Below are positions 44,277 through 53,270 of a stretch of 64,000 bases of DNA, piece after piece. Below the pieces are notes generated by a model. The model was not told the DNA's origin and searched no databases. It saw nothing but the letters and a program-made list of their open reading frames with translations. Where the stretch lies: positions 3,886 through 67,885 of the forward strand of contig CAWDXD010000050.1 in the NCBI GenBank assembly GCA_963806145.1, given 5' to 3'. A program made the position numbers and the translations under genes. Position 1 is the stretch's first letter. Every line of letters starts with the position of its first letter. This DNA comes from an uncultured Actinomycetes bacterium. GTDB lineage: Bacteria > Actinomycetota > Actinomycetes > Streptosporangiales > Streptosporangiaceae.

Positions 44277-45669
44277 TCAAGGCTGGACGGCCCGCAACTC
44301 GGCGGCCGAGATGTTGCCGGCGACGTTCACCTGGCCGGACGGGCTGTAGGTGTCGATCTGGAAGATGCCGGTCGAGTCGTGGATAGCTGTCGAAGGTGGT
44401 CGGGCCGCCGGGGCCCTCGTACCTGATCGACTTGCCGGCCTTGAGCGCCGCCGCGCACTGGGCGAACCCGTAGCAGACGGTGGCGCCGGGGACACCGTCG
44501 CCGATCTTGACGATGTCCGGCCCGTACACGCTCGGGGTGGTGCTCTTGGACATCAGCATGGCCAGCGCGGCGAGGTTGATGCCGTCGTAGAGGTGCACGC
44601 CGCCGGGAGCGCTCAGGTAGGTGGTGAAGTTCCCGGTGGTTCCTGGCACCTTGCCCTGCTGGGACAGCAACGCCGACTTGAACGGGCCGTAGGCAGGCCC
44701 GCTTGTCTCGGTGACCAGGTTGTCGGCGTGGAAGTTGGACGCGAACGTGCCCGCGCCCACCGCCGCCGCCGCGGCCTTGAAGAACGGTGGCGAGATCGCC
44801 GCCGAGGTGGCGATGATCGGGATCGTCTTGCCGTGGTTGAGCTGCTTGATCTCGGCGAACAGGGTGGGGTCGGCGGTGCCGAGGGCCTCGGTCATGATCG
44901 CCTGCGGATGGGACTGGATGATCGCCTCGGCCTCGGTGCGGAACGTGGTGGCCTTCAGGTCCAGCGTCTGGCTGGTGGTGAGGGTCATCCCGGCCTTCTT
45001 GAGCGAGGCGATGGCCGGCTGCACGAAGGTCTGCGATCCGATGTCGTTGCCGAACGCGAGCGCGATCCGCTTGTAGCCCAGGCGCTGGGCGATGACCACC
45101 ATCGCGTAGGACTCTTCGAGGTCCGGCGGGACCAGCCGGTAGAAGTACGGGAAGTGCACGTGGTCGAACTCGGACTCCCCGGTCATGCAGAACATGGCCA
45201 TCTTCCGGCCGTTGATCAGGGGGACGACGGAGGCCGCTTCGTCGGAGGTGCAGCCGATCACCAGCCCCAGGTTGGGCGTGCTGGCGAACATCTGGTTGAC
45301 CGCGGGCACGGCGTCGGCAGGCTCGCCGCGGGTGTCCACGCTCTTGCAGGACAGCTTGTGCCCGAGGACGCCGCCGTTGGCGTCGATGACGCTGGTGGCG
45401 CCGTAGCAGGTCGCGAGATAGGTGGGGCCGAGCGCGGCGTCGGGACCGCTGAACGGAGCGACGTCGGCGACGGTCAGCGTGGACCCGGAGGGGGCCGAGC
45501 TGGACCCGCTGGCCGTGCTGGAGGAGCTGCTGCCGCAGGCAGCGAGCGTGAGGGCCAGGGCGGCGGCGCCGGCCACCGCCCCAAGGGGCAGGATTCGCCG
45601 CGTAGTGCGCGGCATTAGTCTGTGCTCACCCGCGGCCTGGGCCACGGTGACCGGTGTCGTCGGCTTCAT
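44277..45669 (-). pseudogene. Liv-type periplasmic substrate-binding lipoprotein, with a frameshift near 44387
   Basis: Lipobox 'LTLAACGSS'. The main body is in ORF 44182..45798. The C-terminus 'HDSTGIFQIDTYSPSGQVNVAGNISAAELRAVQP*' is in ORF 44277..44495. The join needs one C fewer in TATCCACGAC. Confidence 0.7.
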
Positions 45670-45727
45670 GAAGTCTCCGTGAGTTGGAGTGACTGGTGGA
45701 ATGTGGGCGGTGGCCCGGTCAGGCAGG

Positions 45728-46636
45728 TCACAGCCCCGGCCGGGCCGGGGAGCCGGCCGGGTGCCAGCGCCAGTCGGACGGGCCGCCCTCCTCGGCAACG
45801 ACGCGGTTGCGGATGGTGCCCAGGTCCTCGACGGTCACCTCGATGACGTCACCGGGCTCCATCCACACGGGCGGGGTGCGGGCGAAACCAACGCCGCCCG
45901 GCGTGCCGGTGGCGATCACGTCACCGGGGGCCAGGCGGGTGAATGAAGAGAAGAACTCGATGGCCGCGGGAACGCTGACCAGCATCTGGGAGGTGCGCGC
46001 CGACTGCATCACGGTGCCGTTGAGCGTCGAGCTGATGGCCAGGTCGCTGACGTCCACCTCGTCGGTGGTGACGACTTCGGGGCCGATCGGCATGCTGCCC
46101 TCGAAGTTCTTGCCGGCCGTCCACTGGCTGGCGGCCCGTTGCCAGTCCCGGCAGGAGGCGTCGTTGAGCACCACGAAGCCCGCGATCGCGTCCAGGGCCT
46201 TTTCCGCGCGGATGTACCGGCCGCCGGCGCCGATCACGATGCCGAGTTCGGCTTCATAGTCGAACTTGCTGGTGAGCGCCGGCTTCACCAGGTCGGCGTA
46301 GGGGGGCAGGACGCTGTCGCTGCCCCGCACGAAGGCGTCCGGCCAGGTCGGCACCGCGCGCCCGCCCTCCAGCGCGTGCTCGCTGTAGTTCAGGCCGAGG
46401 CACAGAACGCGCGGCGGGGCTGGCACCGCCGCGGCGAAGTCGGCCGGTCCTGCCTCGCGGCCGTCCCGCTCGGCCAGCGGCCGGATCGCGTCCATCGCCC
46501 GCTCCCCCTCCTCCAGCACGTGCTGGAGGGAGGACATGCGCTCGTCGCCCGTGGCCGCACCGACATCGACGTAGCCGGAGCGTGCCTTGACGTGCAGGCG
46601 CGGTCCCCGGTCCGTGGTAATCGTGGCCAGCCTCAC
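45728..46636 (-). CDS. Fumarylacetoacetate hydrolase (FAH) family protein
   Basis: 'LCLGLNYSEHA', 'DYEAELGIVIG' and 'PGDVIATGTPGGVG'. The GTG at 46636 follows an AAGGAG ribosome-binding site. Confidence 0.85.
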   Translation of the reverse strand: MRLATITTDRGPRLHVKARSGYVDVGAATGDERMSSLQHVLEEGERAMDAIRPLAERDGREAGPADFAAAVPAPPRVLCLGLNYSEHALEGGRAVPTWPDAFVRGSDSVLPPYADLVKPALTSKFDYEAELGIVIGAGGRYIRAEKALDAIAGFVVLNDASCRDWQRAASQWTAGKNFEGSMPIGPEVVTTDEVDVSDLAISSTLNGTVMQSARTSQMLVSVPAAIEFFSSFTRLAPGDVIATGTPGGVGFARTPPVWMEPGDVIEVTVEDLGTIRNRVVAEEGGPSDWRWHPAGSPARPGL

Positions 46637-46719
46637 CTGGGAGTCTCCTTTGCCCTCGGGACCCCAATCGTTTGCGGTTTCAGCATCGCATCGGTGGCGC
46701 GAGGCAGGTGACCGGCCGC

Positions 46720-46853
46720 GATTGGTTATGAGATGTGGATTGGTTGAGAATAGGTCCGCTACAGATACCTGGTCAAGGGTTACAGATATGTGAATAAAGC
46801 GTGGCAGCATCACAGTCTGATTACGATTGGTATGATTGGTTGAGCTTAGGTCT
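46720..46853. promoter_or_regulatory. AT-richer divergent control region with repeated GATTGGT and TACAGATA motifs
   Basis: GATTGGT occurs at 46720, 46738, 46825 and 46834. GATTGGTTGAGnnTAGGTC occurs at 46738-46757 and 46834-46853. TACAGATA occurs at 46760 and 46781, 21 bp apart. Confidence 0.45.
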
Positions 46854-46878
46854 AGAGAGAGTAAAGGAGTGGACGGGG

Positions 46879-47655
46879 ATGGGGAAACCGCCCGGGGACG
46901 TCCCTGCACAACCGGCTGATCACCGGCACCGGCTCGCCGAGGTCATCCTTGATGAGTCCCGGCGCGCCGGCCTGCGCCGTGGCTCCCGGCTGCCCACCGA
47001 ACGGCAGCTCGCGGCGAGCCTGGGAGCGACCAGGACCTCGGTCCGCCGCGCCCTCACGGTCCTGGAGGCGGAGGGCCGCATCTCCCGTGAAGTGGGCCGC
47101 GGCACCTTCCTGCGGGACGGGCCGGCCGGGAGCGCCCGGGACGGGGCAGCCAATGACCACACCGGTAACGCGGACGCCGTGGCGGAGAAGTACCTGGGCC
47201 CGGGCGGGCCACGCCCGGCCGACCAGGCGGGCTTCGCACCGGCGGACGTCATGACGGTCCGCCGGCTGCTGGAGCCGCCGGCGATGCGGCTGGTGGTGGC
47301 GTGGGCCACGGCCGCCGATTTCGAGGAGATAGGCCGGTGCCTGGCCGGTGGCGAGCGCGCGGCCAGCTACGACGAGTTCGAGACCTGGGATCTCGCGCTG
47401 CACCGCAGCATCATGGCGGCCAGCCACAGCCCGCTGCTGGCCAGGCTGTACGCCGCCATAGAGGAGGCAAGGCACGGCCGCTTCTGGGGGGACCTGAAGC
47501 GGCGCAGCGCGTCACGGGAGCGGCAGCACGCCTACCAGGCCGACCACGCCGAACTCGTGGCCGCGCTGCGGGCCAGGGATGCCGACCGCGCGGTGGAGGC
47601 GATGCGCGCGCACCTGGCCCGGGTGGCCGGCCACCTGTTCGGCGAGACCGCATGA
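46879..47655 (+). CDS. GntR/FadR-family transcriptional regulator
   Basis: 'LPTERQLAASLGATRTSVRRALTVLEAEGRISREVGRGTFL' (wHTH) plus an FCD-like C-terminal domain ('DLALHRSIMAASHSPLL'). Confidence 0.85.
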   Translation: MGKPPGDVPAQPADHRHRLAEVILDESRRAGLRRGSRLPTERQLAASLGATRTSVRRALTVLEAEGRISREVGRGTFLRDGPAGSARDGAANDHTGNADAVAEKYLGPGGPRPADQAGFAPADVMTVRRLLEPPAMRLVVAWATAADFEEIGRCLAGGERAASYDEFETWDLALHRSIMAASHSPLLARLYAAIEEARHGRFWGDLKRRSASRERQHAYQADHAELVAALRARDADRAVEAMRAHLARVAGHLFGETA

Positions 47656-47674
47656 CAGCTCCCCCGGGCCAGCA

Positions 47675-48700
47675 CTAGCTCATCTGGTGGCAGAGCCAGG
47701 CCAGCGACAACGGGTACCTGTAGTCGATGGCCATATGCGTGGCCTCGAAAAGCTCGAACCTGATCTTCTCGGCGGGGACGCCCGCCTGCCGCAGCGCGGC
47801 GTTCACCGCCTCGGCGCCGATGTCGAGGAACCACTCGTCCCTGACGCCCGCGTCGATCCAGATCGCCCGCAGCCCCCGCAGCGCATCGGCGTACTTCGGG
47901 ATCATCCGGACCGGGTCCCAGTCCAGCCAGCGCTGCCAGACCTCGGGCCGGATCACCCCCGTCTTCGGGTCGAAGGGCAGCTGCACGGTGCCGTCCGGGT
48001 CGGCCGAGAAGCACGCGGTCACGCCGAGGAGCATGAGCAGGTCGTGGTCGGCCTCCTTGGTGAACGACGTCCTTGAGCCGAAGTCCGCCCACCAGCGCCA
48101 GATGTCACCGTCGTACTCCCGCAGGTGGCGCACTGCCTTGCCGAACTCGGGGACGTAGCACAGCTCGTAGAGCGAGTCGCCCGCATGGGTGGCGAGCGCC
48201 CCGAACAGGTCGGGCCGCAGCATCGGGGTGATCATAGCGCCGAACCCGCCGCTCGACTTGCCCATGATCGCCCGGTGGCCTGGGTCGTCCAGCGTCCGGT
48301 ACCGCGCGTCCACCCAGGGGACCACCTCGTCGCAGAGGTAGGAGTGATAGCGCCCGGTACCCGGGGAGTCGACGAACTGGCTGCCGCCGTAGGCGGTCCA
48401 CGCGTCCACGTAGACGACGATGGCGGGCGGCGCCTCGCCCGACGCGAACACGGCGTCGGCGGTCTCAGGGAACGGCTGCCGGAACGGGCTACGGTTGGCC
48501 CACATCGCCAGGTGGCCGGTGTAGCCCTGGATCACGTACACCGAGGGGTAGCGGCGGTCCGGTTCCGCGTCGTATCCCGGTGGCAGGTACACCCACAGCG
48601 GCCGCTCATAGGGGTCTTTCAGCGGGTTGTCCTTGAGCAGCTCGCTGGTGATCGTCTGCTCATCGATGCGACCACTCAGGTCTGCGGACCAGGGCAGCAT
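47675..48700 (-). CDS. Putative esterase (esterase-D / enterochelin-esterase-like alpha/beta hydrolase)
   Basis: 'YPSVYVIQGYTG' and the nucleophile elbow 'GKSSGGFGA'. An AGGAGG ribosome-binding site precedes the ATG at 48700. Confidence 0.75.
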   Translation of the reverse strand: MLPWSADLSGRIDEQTITSELLKDNPLKDPYERPLWVYLPPGYDAEPDRRYPSVYVIQGYTGHLAMWANRSPFRQPFPETADAVFASGEAPPAIVVYVDAWTAYGGSQFVDSPGTGRYHSYLCDEVVPWVDARYRTLDDPGHRAIMGKSSGGFGAMITPMLRPDLFGALATHAGDSLYELCYVPEFGKAVRHLREYDGDIWRWWADFGSRTSFTKEADHDLLMLLGVTACFSADPDGTVQLPFDPKTGVIRPEVWQRWLDWDPVRMIPKYADALRGLRAIWIDAGVRDEWFLDIGAEAVNAALRQAGVPAEKIRFELFEATHMAIDYRYPLSLAWLCHQMS

Positions 48701-48764
48701 GAAGCCTCCTTCGTGGCTGGCGGGCGGGACCGGCCGTGGCCGGCCCACCGCCTACGGTAGACGC

Positions 48765-51119
48765 ATGAGCCAAGCGGCTGACGAGCGCATGGGCGAGGCT
48801 GCCCAGGAGCGCGACGCGGTAGAGCGCCACTTCGCCAGGTCGATCCTGGCGATGCTCACGGTCACCCCGGAACTTCCGTACGGCAACGGTGAACAGGGGC
48901 GGCAGGCGGCGTTCCCGGCCGCCGGCGGGGGCCAGGCGGCGCGGCCGGAGGAGGCACCGCCCGCCGGGGCCAGCCCGGCCGATCCGATCCGCCCGGGCTC
49001 GGCGCTGACCGGCGAGCGCTGCCTGGAGCTGTTCGACGCCCAGCTCGCCAGCCGCCACCTGGATGTCGCCGCGCGCTGGCTGCGGTCCCGCAACGCCGGC
49101 TTCTACACGATCGGCTCCTCAGGGCACGAGGGCAACGCGGCACTGGCTGCCGCCCTGCGGTCCGGCGATCCGGCGCTGCTGCACTACCGCTCGTGCGCCT
49201 TCTACCTGGTCCGCGCGGCCCAGGCAGCGCCGCCCAGGGACGGCGTGGGCGACGTGCTGCTCGGCCTGGCTGCGGCCGAGGCGGAGCCGATCGCCGGCGG
49301 CCGGCACAAGGTCCTCGGCCATGCCGACCTGAACGTGATCCCGGTGACCTCGACGATCGCCTCGCACCTGCCGAGGGCGGTCGGGCTGGCCTTCAGCCTC
49401 GGCCGGGCCGCCCGGCTGGGGTCTGCGGAGCGCTGGCCCGCCGACGCGATCGTGCTCGCGAGCATGGGTGACGCCTCGGTCAACCACTCCACCGCGGCCG
49501 GGGCGCTGAACACCGCTGCCTACTGCGCCTACCAGCGCCTGCCGGTGCCGCTGCTGGTGGTCTGCGAGGACAACGGGATCGGCATCAGCGTGCGCACCCC
49601 GCCCGGCTGGGTGGCCGCGGCCGCCTCGGGCAGGCCGGGCCTGCGTTACTTCCACGCCGACGGCTCCGACCTGGCCGACGTCTTCGACACCACCCTGGAG
49701 GCGGCGGCGTGGGTCAGGCAGCAGCGCTCCCCCGCGTTCCTGCACCTGTCCATGGTGCGGCTGGGCGGCCATGCGGGCGCCGACCCGGAGACCGCCTACC
49801 GGCAGGCCGCCGAGATCACCGCGGATCTGGACGCCGACCCGCTGATCGGCACCGCCCGGCTGCTCATCGACGCCGGCCTGCTGACCCCGAGCGACGTGCT
49901 CGACCGGTACGAGGCCTCGCGCGCCCGGGTGCTCGGCCGGGCGGCGGAACTGGCCGGTGCCCCCCGGCTGACCAGCGCGGCCCAGGTGATGGCGCCGCTC
50001 GCGCCGCGCTGCCCGGATGAGGTCGCGGCCGGTGCCGCCGTCCCGGCCGGGGCAGCGGCGCGGCACCGCGCGTTCGGTGGCCGGCTGCCCGAGTCTGCCG
50101 GGCCGATGACCCTGGCCCAGGCCATCAACGCCGCGCTCACCGATGCCCTGGCGGCGCGGCCGGGCATGCTGGTGTTCGGCGAGGACGTCGCGCGCAAGGG
50201 CGGCGTGTACGGGGTGACCAGGGGACTGCTGGCCGCCTTCGGCGCGGGCCGCGTCTTCGACACCGTGCTGGACGAGCAGTCCATCCTCGGCCTCGCCCTC
50301 GGCGCGGGGCTGGCCGGGCTGCTGCCGGTCCCGGAGATCCAGTACCTCGCCTACCTGCACAACGCCGCCGACCAGCTCAGGGGCGAGGCCGCCACGCTGT
50401 CCTTCTTCTCCCAGGGCCGCTACCGCAACCCGATGGTGGTCCGCATCGCCGGCTATGCCTACCAGGGCTTTGGCGGGCATTTCCACAACGACAACAGCGT
50501 GGCGGCGCTGCGCGATATCCCCGGGCTGATCGTCGCCTCACCGGCCAGGCCGGACGACGCCGCGGCCATGCTGCGGACCTGCCTGGCCGCCGCCGAGGCG
50601 GACGGCAGCGTGTGCGCCTTCCTGGAGCCGATCGCGCTCTACCACGCCCGTGACCTGCTGGCCGCGGGTGACGGGGGCTGGAAGGCCGGCTACGACCCGC
50701 CGGAGCGCTGGGCGGCCGGGCATGTGCCGGTCGGCCGGGCGCGCACCCACGGCGACGGCACCGACCTGACGATCGTGACGTTCGGCAACGGGCTGTGGCT
50801 GAGCCTGCGGGCGGCGGACAAGCTGGCCGCGGCGGGGATCGGCGCCCGGGTGGTCGACCTGCGCTGGCTCGCGCCGCTGCCCGCCGGCGACATCCTGCGC
50901 GAGGCCAATGCCACCGGCCGGGTCCTGATCGCCGACGAGACCCGGCGCACCGGCGGCGTGTCCGAGGCGGTGCTCGCGGCGCTGGCCGACGGCGGGTTCA
51001 CCGGCCGGGCAGCACGCGTGACCAGCGAGGACAGCTTCGTGCCGCTCGGTGACGCGGCCTCGGCCGTGCTGCTGTCCCAGCACGCCATCGAGGCCGCCGC
51101 CCGTGCCATGGTCCGGTGA
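48765..51119 (+). CDS. Fused thiamine-diphosphate-dependent 2-oxoacid dehydrogenase E1 component (alpha+beta)
   Basis: The N-terminal half is E1-alpha-like ('YTIGSSGHEGNAA', 'ASMGDASVNH'). The C-terminal half is E1-beta/transketolase-like ('VFGEDVARKGGVYGVTRGL', 'VFDTVLDEQSI', 'GGHFHNDNS'). Confidence 0.8.
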   Translation: MSQAADERMGEAAQERDAVERHFARSILAMLTVTPELPYGNGEQGRQAAFPAAGGGQAARPEEAPPAGASPADPIRPGSALTGERCLELFDAQLASRHLDVAARWLRSRNAGFYTIGSSGHEGNAALAAALRSGDPALLHYRSCAFYLVRAAQAAPPRDGVGDVLLGLAAAEAEPIAGGRHKVLGHADLNVIPVTSTIASHLPRAVGLAFSLGRAARLGSAERWPADAIVLASMGDASVNHSTAAGALNTAAYCAYQRLPVPLLVVCEDNGIGISVRTPPGWVAAAASGRPGLRYFHADGSDLADVFDTTLEAAAWVRQQRSPAFLHLSMVRLGGHAGADPETAYRQAAEITADLDADPLIGTARLLIDAGLLTPSDVLDRYEASRARVLGRAAELAGAPRLTSAAQVMAPLAPRCPDEVAAGAAVPAGAAARHRAFGGRLPESAGPMTLAQAINAALTDALAARPGMLVFGEDVARKGGVYGVTRGLLAAFGAGRVFDTVLDEQSILGLALGAGLAGLLPVPEIQYLAYLHNAADQLRGEAATLSFFSQGRYRNPMVVRIAGYAYQGFGGHFHNDNSVAALRDIPGLIVASPARPDDAAAMLRTCLAAAEADGSVCAFLEPIALYHARDLLAAGDGGWKAGYDPPERWAAGHVPVGRARTHGDGTDLTIVTFGNGLWLSLRAADKLAAAGIGARVVDLRWLAPLPAGDILREANATGRVLIADETRRTGGVSEAVLAALADGGFTGRAARVTSEDSFVPLGDAASAVLLSQHAIEAAARAMVR

Positions 51120-51146
51120 CGCCGCCCGGACGAGCCCGGCCGCCGG

Positions 51147-51941
51147 TCACCCGGCCAGGTGAGCGAGCAGCGTGGCGGTGACCTCGGCCGCCGAGGACAC
51201 GTTGGCCAGGTGCGCGGCACCGCGGATGACCCGCAGCCGCGCACCGGGGATCGCGGACGCGATCACGGCCCCGTGCCACGGCGGGGTCGCTGGGTCCTCG
51301 GCCCCGGCGACGACGAGCGTCGGTGCGGTGACCGAGGCGAGCAGCGGCCGCAGGTCCATCGCCGCGATGGCGTCGCAGCAGCCCGCGTAGCCTTCGGGGG
51401 CGACGTCCTGTTCCAGGGCGGTGACGAACCGCGCCACGGTGCCCGGATGAGCGGCCTCGTAGGCAGGGGTGAACCAGCGCCCGACGACCTGCTTCGAGAT
51501 CGAGCCGAGCCCCTCGCTGCGCACCGCCGCGGCCCGGTCCACCCATAGCTGCGCGGGCTGCAGGCACGCCGAGGTGCAGCACAGCGCGAGTGCCTCGATC
51601 CGGTCCGGCGCGTTCGCGGCGAGCCACATGCCCACCATGCCGCCGAGCGAGACGCCGGCGTAGTACGCGGTACCGACCTCGAAGTCATCGAGCAGCGCCA
51701 GCACGTCGGCGCCGAGGTCGGATATGGCGTACGGCCCCCGTGGCGCGGGTGAACCGCCGTGGCCCCGGTGCTCGTACCGCAGCAGGCGGAACCGGCGGCC
51801 CAGCGCACCGAGCTGCGGCTCCCACAGTTCTCTGGTCGTGCCGAGCGAGTTGCCCAGCACCAGGACCGGCGCGCCGGACGGCCCGCTCATGATCGCGGAC
51901 AGTTCTACCGGCCCCCCTCGCCCGCCTGGCTCAGACATCAA
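51147..51941 (-). CDS. pcaD: 3-oxoadipate enol-lactonase
   Basis: Alpha/beta hydrolase with 'VLVLGNSLGTTRELWEPQ', 'GVSLGG' and 'GAAHLANV'. It sits at the end of the pca operon. Confidence 0.8.
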   Translation of the reverse strand: MMSEPGGRGGPVELSAIMSGPSGAPVLVLGNSLGTTRELWEPQLGALGRRFRLLRYEHRGHGGSPAPRGPYAISDLGADVLALLDDFEVGTAYYAGVSLGGMVGMWLAANAPDRIEALALCCTSACLQPAQLWVDRAAAVRSEGLGSISKQVVGRWFTPAYEAAHPGTVARFVTALEQDVAPEGYAGCCDAIAAMDLRPLLASVTAPTLVVAGAEDPATPPWHGAVIASAIPGARLRVIRGAAHLANVSSAAEVTATLLAHLAG

Positions 51942-52500
51942 AGAAGACGGTCTCCTGATCTCCCTGCAGGTGGATGTCGAACAGCAGCCGGCCCGGCGCG
52001 CCCGGGCCGGGCGCGGCGATCAGGGTGGCTGCCCGGGCCGGGTCGGCGATCGACGCAAGCACCGGGTCGGCCTCGTTCGCCTGGGCCTCGTCGGGGAAGT
52101 AGACCCGCGTCACCACCCGGTCGAGCAGCCCGCGGGCGAACACCGAGACGTCCAGGTGCGGCGCTTCTGTTCCCCCGCCTGGGCTGGGCAGCGGTCCCGG
52201 CTTCAGCGTCACGATGCGATACGAGCCGTCGGGGCCGGTGGGGCACCGGCCGAAACCGCGGAACCCGGGGCCGGCCGCGCCGCGGGGGTCGTCGGGGTGG
52301 GCGAACCGGCCGTCCGGGCCGGCCTGCCAGGTCTCCACCAGCGCGTCGGTGACCGGGTCCCCGGCGCCGTCGAACACCCGGCCGGTGATGGTGACCGCAC
52401 CGGCGGTGCCCTCGGGCACCACGAACGGGCCGTCCGGCCAGGGCAGCCCGATCGCCAGGAACGGCCCGACCGTCTGGGACGGCGTCAGCCCCGGGTTCAC
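51931..52500 (-). CDS. pcaG: Protocatechuate 3,4-dioxygenase alpha subunit
   Basis: 'LTPSQTVGPF', 'HLDVSVFARGLL' and 'TRVYFPDE'. The GTG at 52500 overlaps the pcaH stop (GTGA). Confidence 0.85.
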   Translation of the reverse strand: MNPGLTPSQTVGPFLAIGLPWPDGPFVVPEGTAGAVTITGRVFDGAGDPVTDALVETWQAGPDGRFAHPDDPRGAAGPGFRGFGRCPTGPDGSYRIVTLKPGPLPSPGGGTEAPHLDVSVFARGLLDRVVTRVYFPDEAQANEADPVLASIADPARAATLIAAPGPGAPGRLLFDIHLQGDQETVFFDV

Positions 52501-53270
52501 CGGTGGCCGTCCGGCTGCTCGAAGGCGGTGGCGCCGCGGCCGCGGAGCACGATGTCCCAGGCGTACCCGAGCGCCCACTCCGGCACGGTCAGGCCGAGGT
52601 CGAACCGGGAGATCAGCCGGTCCCTGGCCGCCTCCGGCACCGAGTTGAAGATCGGGTCCTGGAAGAACAGCGGATCCCCGGGGAAGAACATCTGCGTGAT
52701 CAGGCGCTGGGTGAAGGCGCGGCCGAACAGCGAGAAGTGGATATGCGCGGGCCGCCAGGCGTTCTGGTGGTTCCGCCACGGGTAGGAGCCCGGCTTGATG
52801 GTGACGAACCGGTACCTGCCATCGGAGTCGGTCACGCACCGGCCGGCACCGGTGAAGTTCGGGTCGAGCGGCGCGGGGTGATCATCGACGACGTGCCGGT
52901 ACCGGCCGCCCGCGTTCGGCTGCCAGATCTCGATCAGCGTGTCCGGCACCGGCCGGCCGTCGGAGTCCAGCACCCGCCCGGACACGATAATCCGCTGGCC
53001 CTGCGGCTCGCCGTCGTGCTGGGCGGTCAGGTCGGCGTCGGCCGCGGTGACCCGTTCCGCCCCGAGCAACGGCCCGGTGATCTCGGTCAGCCGGTGCGGC
53101 AGCAGGACCAGCGGCTGGTGCGGCGCGCGCAGTGCCGTCGAGCGGTAACCGGCGAAGTCCAGCGGCGGATGGACACCGGACGGCCGCTCGTAGGGGGTCA
53201 CGGCAAGCCCGGAGCCGGACGCCGGCGGGTGACTTGGGCGGGGTGGTGGGGTCGGGGCTGGCGCAGCCAT
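52497..53270 (-). CDS. pcaH: Protocatechuate 3,4-dioxygenase beta subunit
   Basis: 'IEIWQPNAGGRYRH', 'GRYRFVTIKPGSYPW' and 'RPAHIHFSLFG'. Confidence 0.9.
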   Translation of the reverse strand: MAAPAPTPPPRPSHPPASGSGLAVTPYERPSGVHPPLDFAGYRSTALRAPHQPLVLLPHRLTEITGPLLGAERVTAADADLTAQHDGEPQGQRIIVSGRVLDSDGRPVPDTLIEIWQPNAGGRYRHVVDDHPAPLDPNFTGAGRCVTDSDGRYRFVTIKPGSYPWRNHQNAWRPAHIHFSLFGRAFTQRLITQMFFPGDPLFFQDPIFNSVPEAARDRLISRFDLGLTVPEWALGYAWDIVLRGRGATAFEQPDGHR

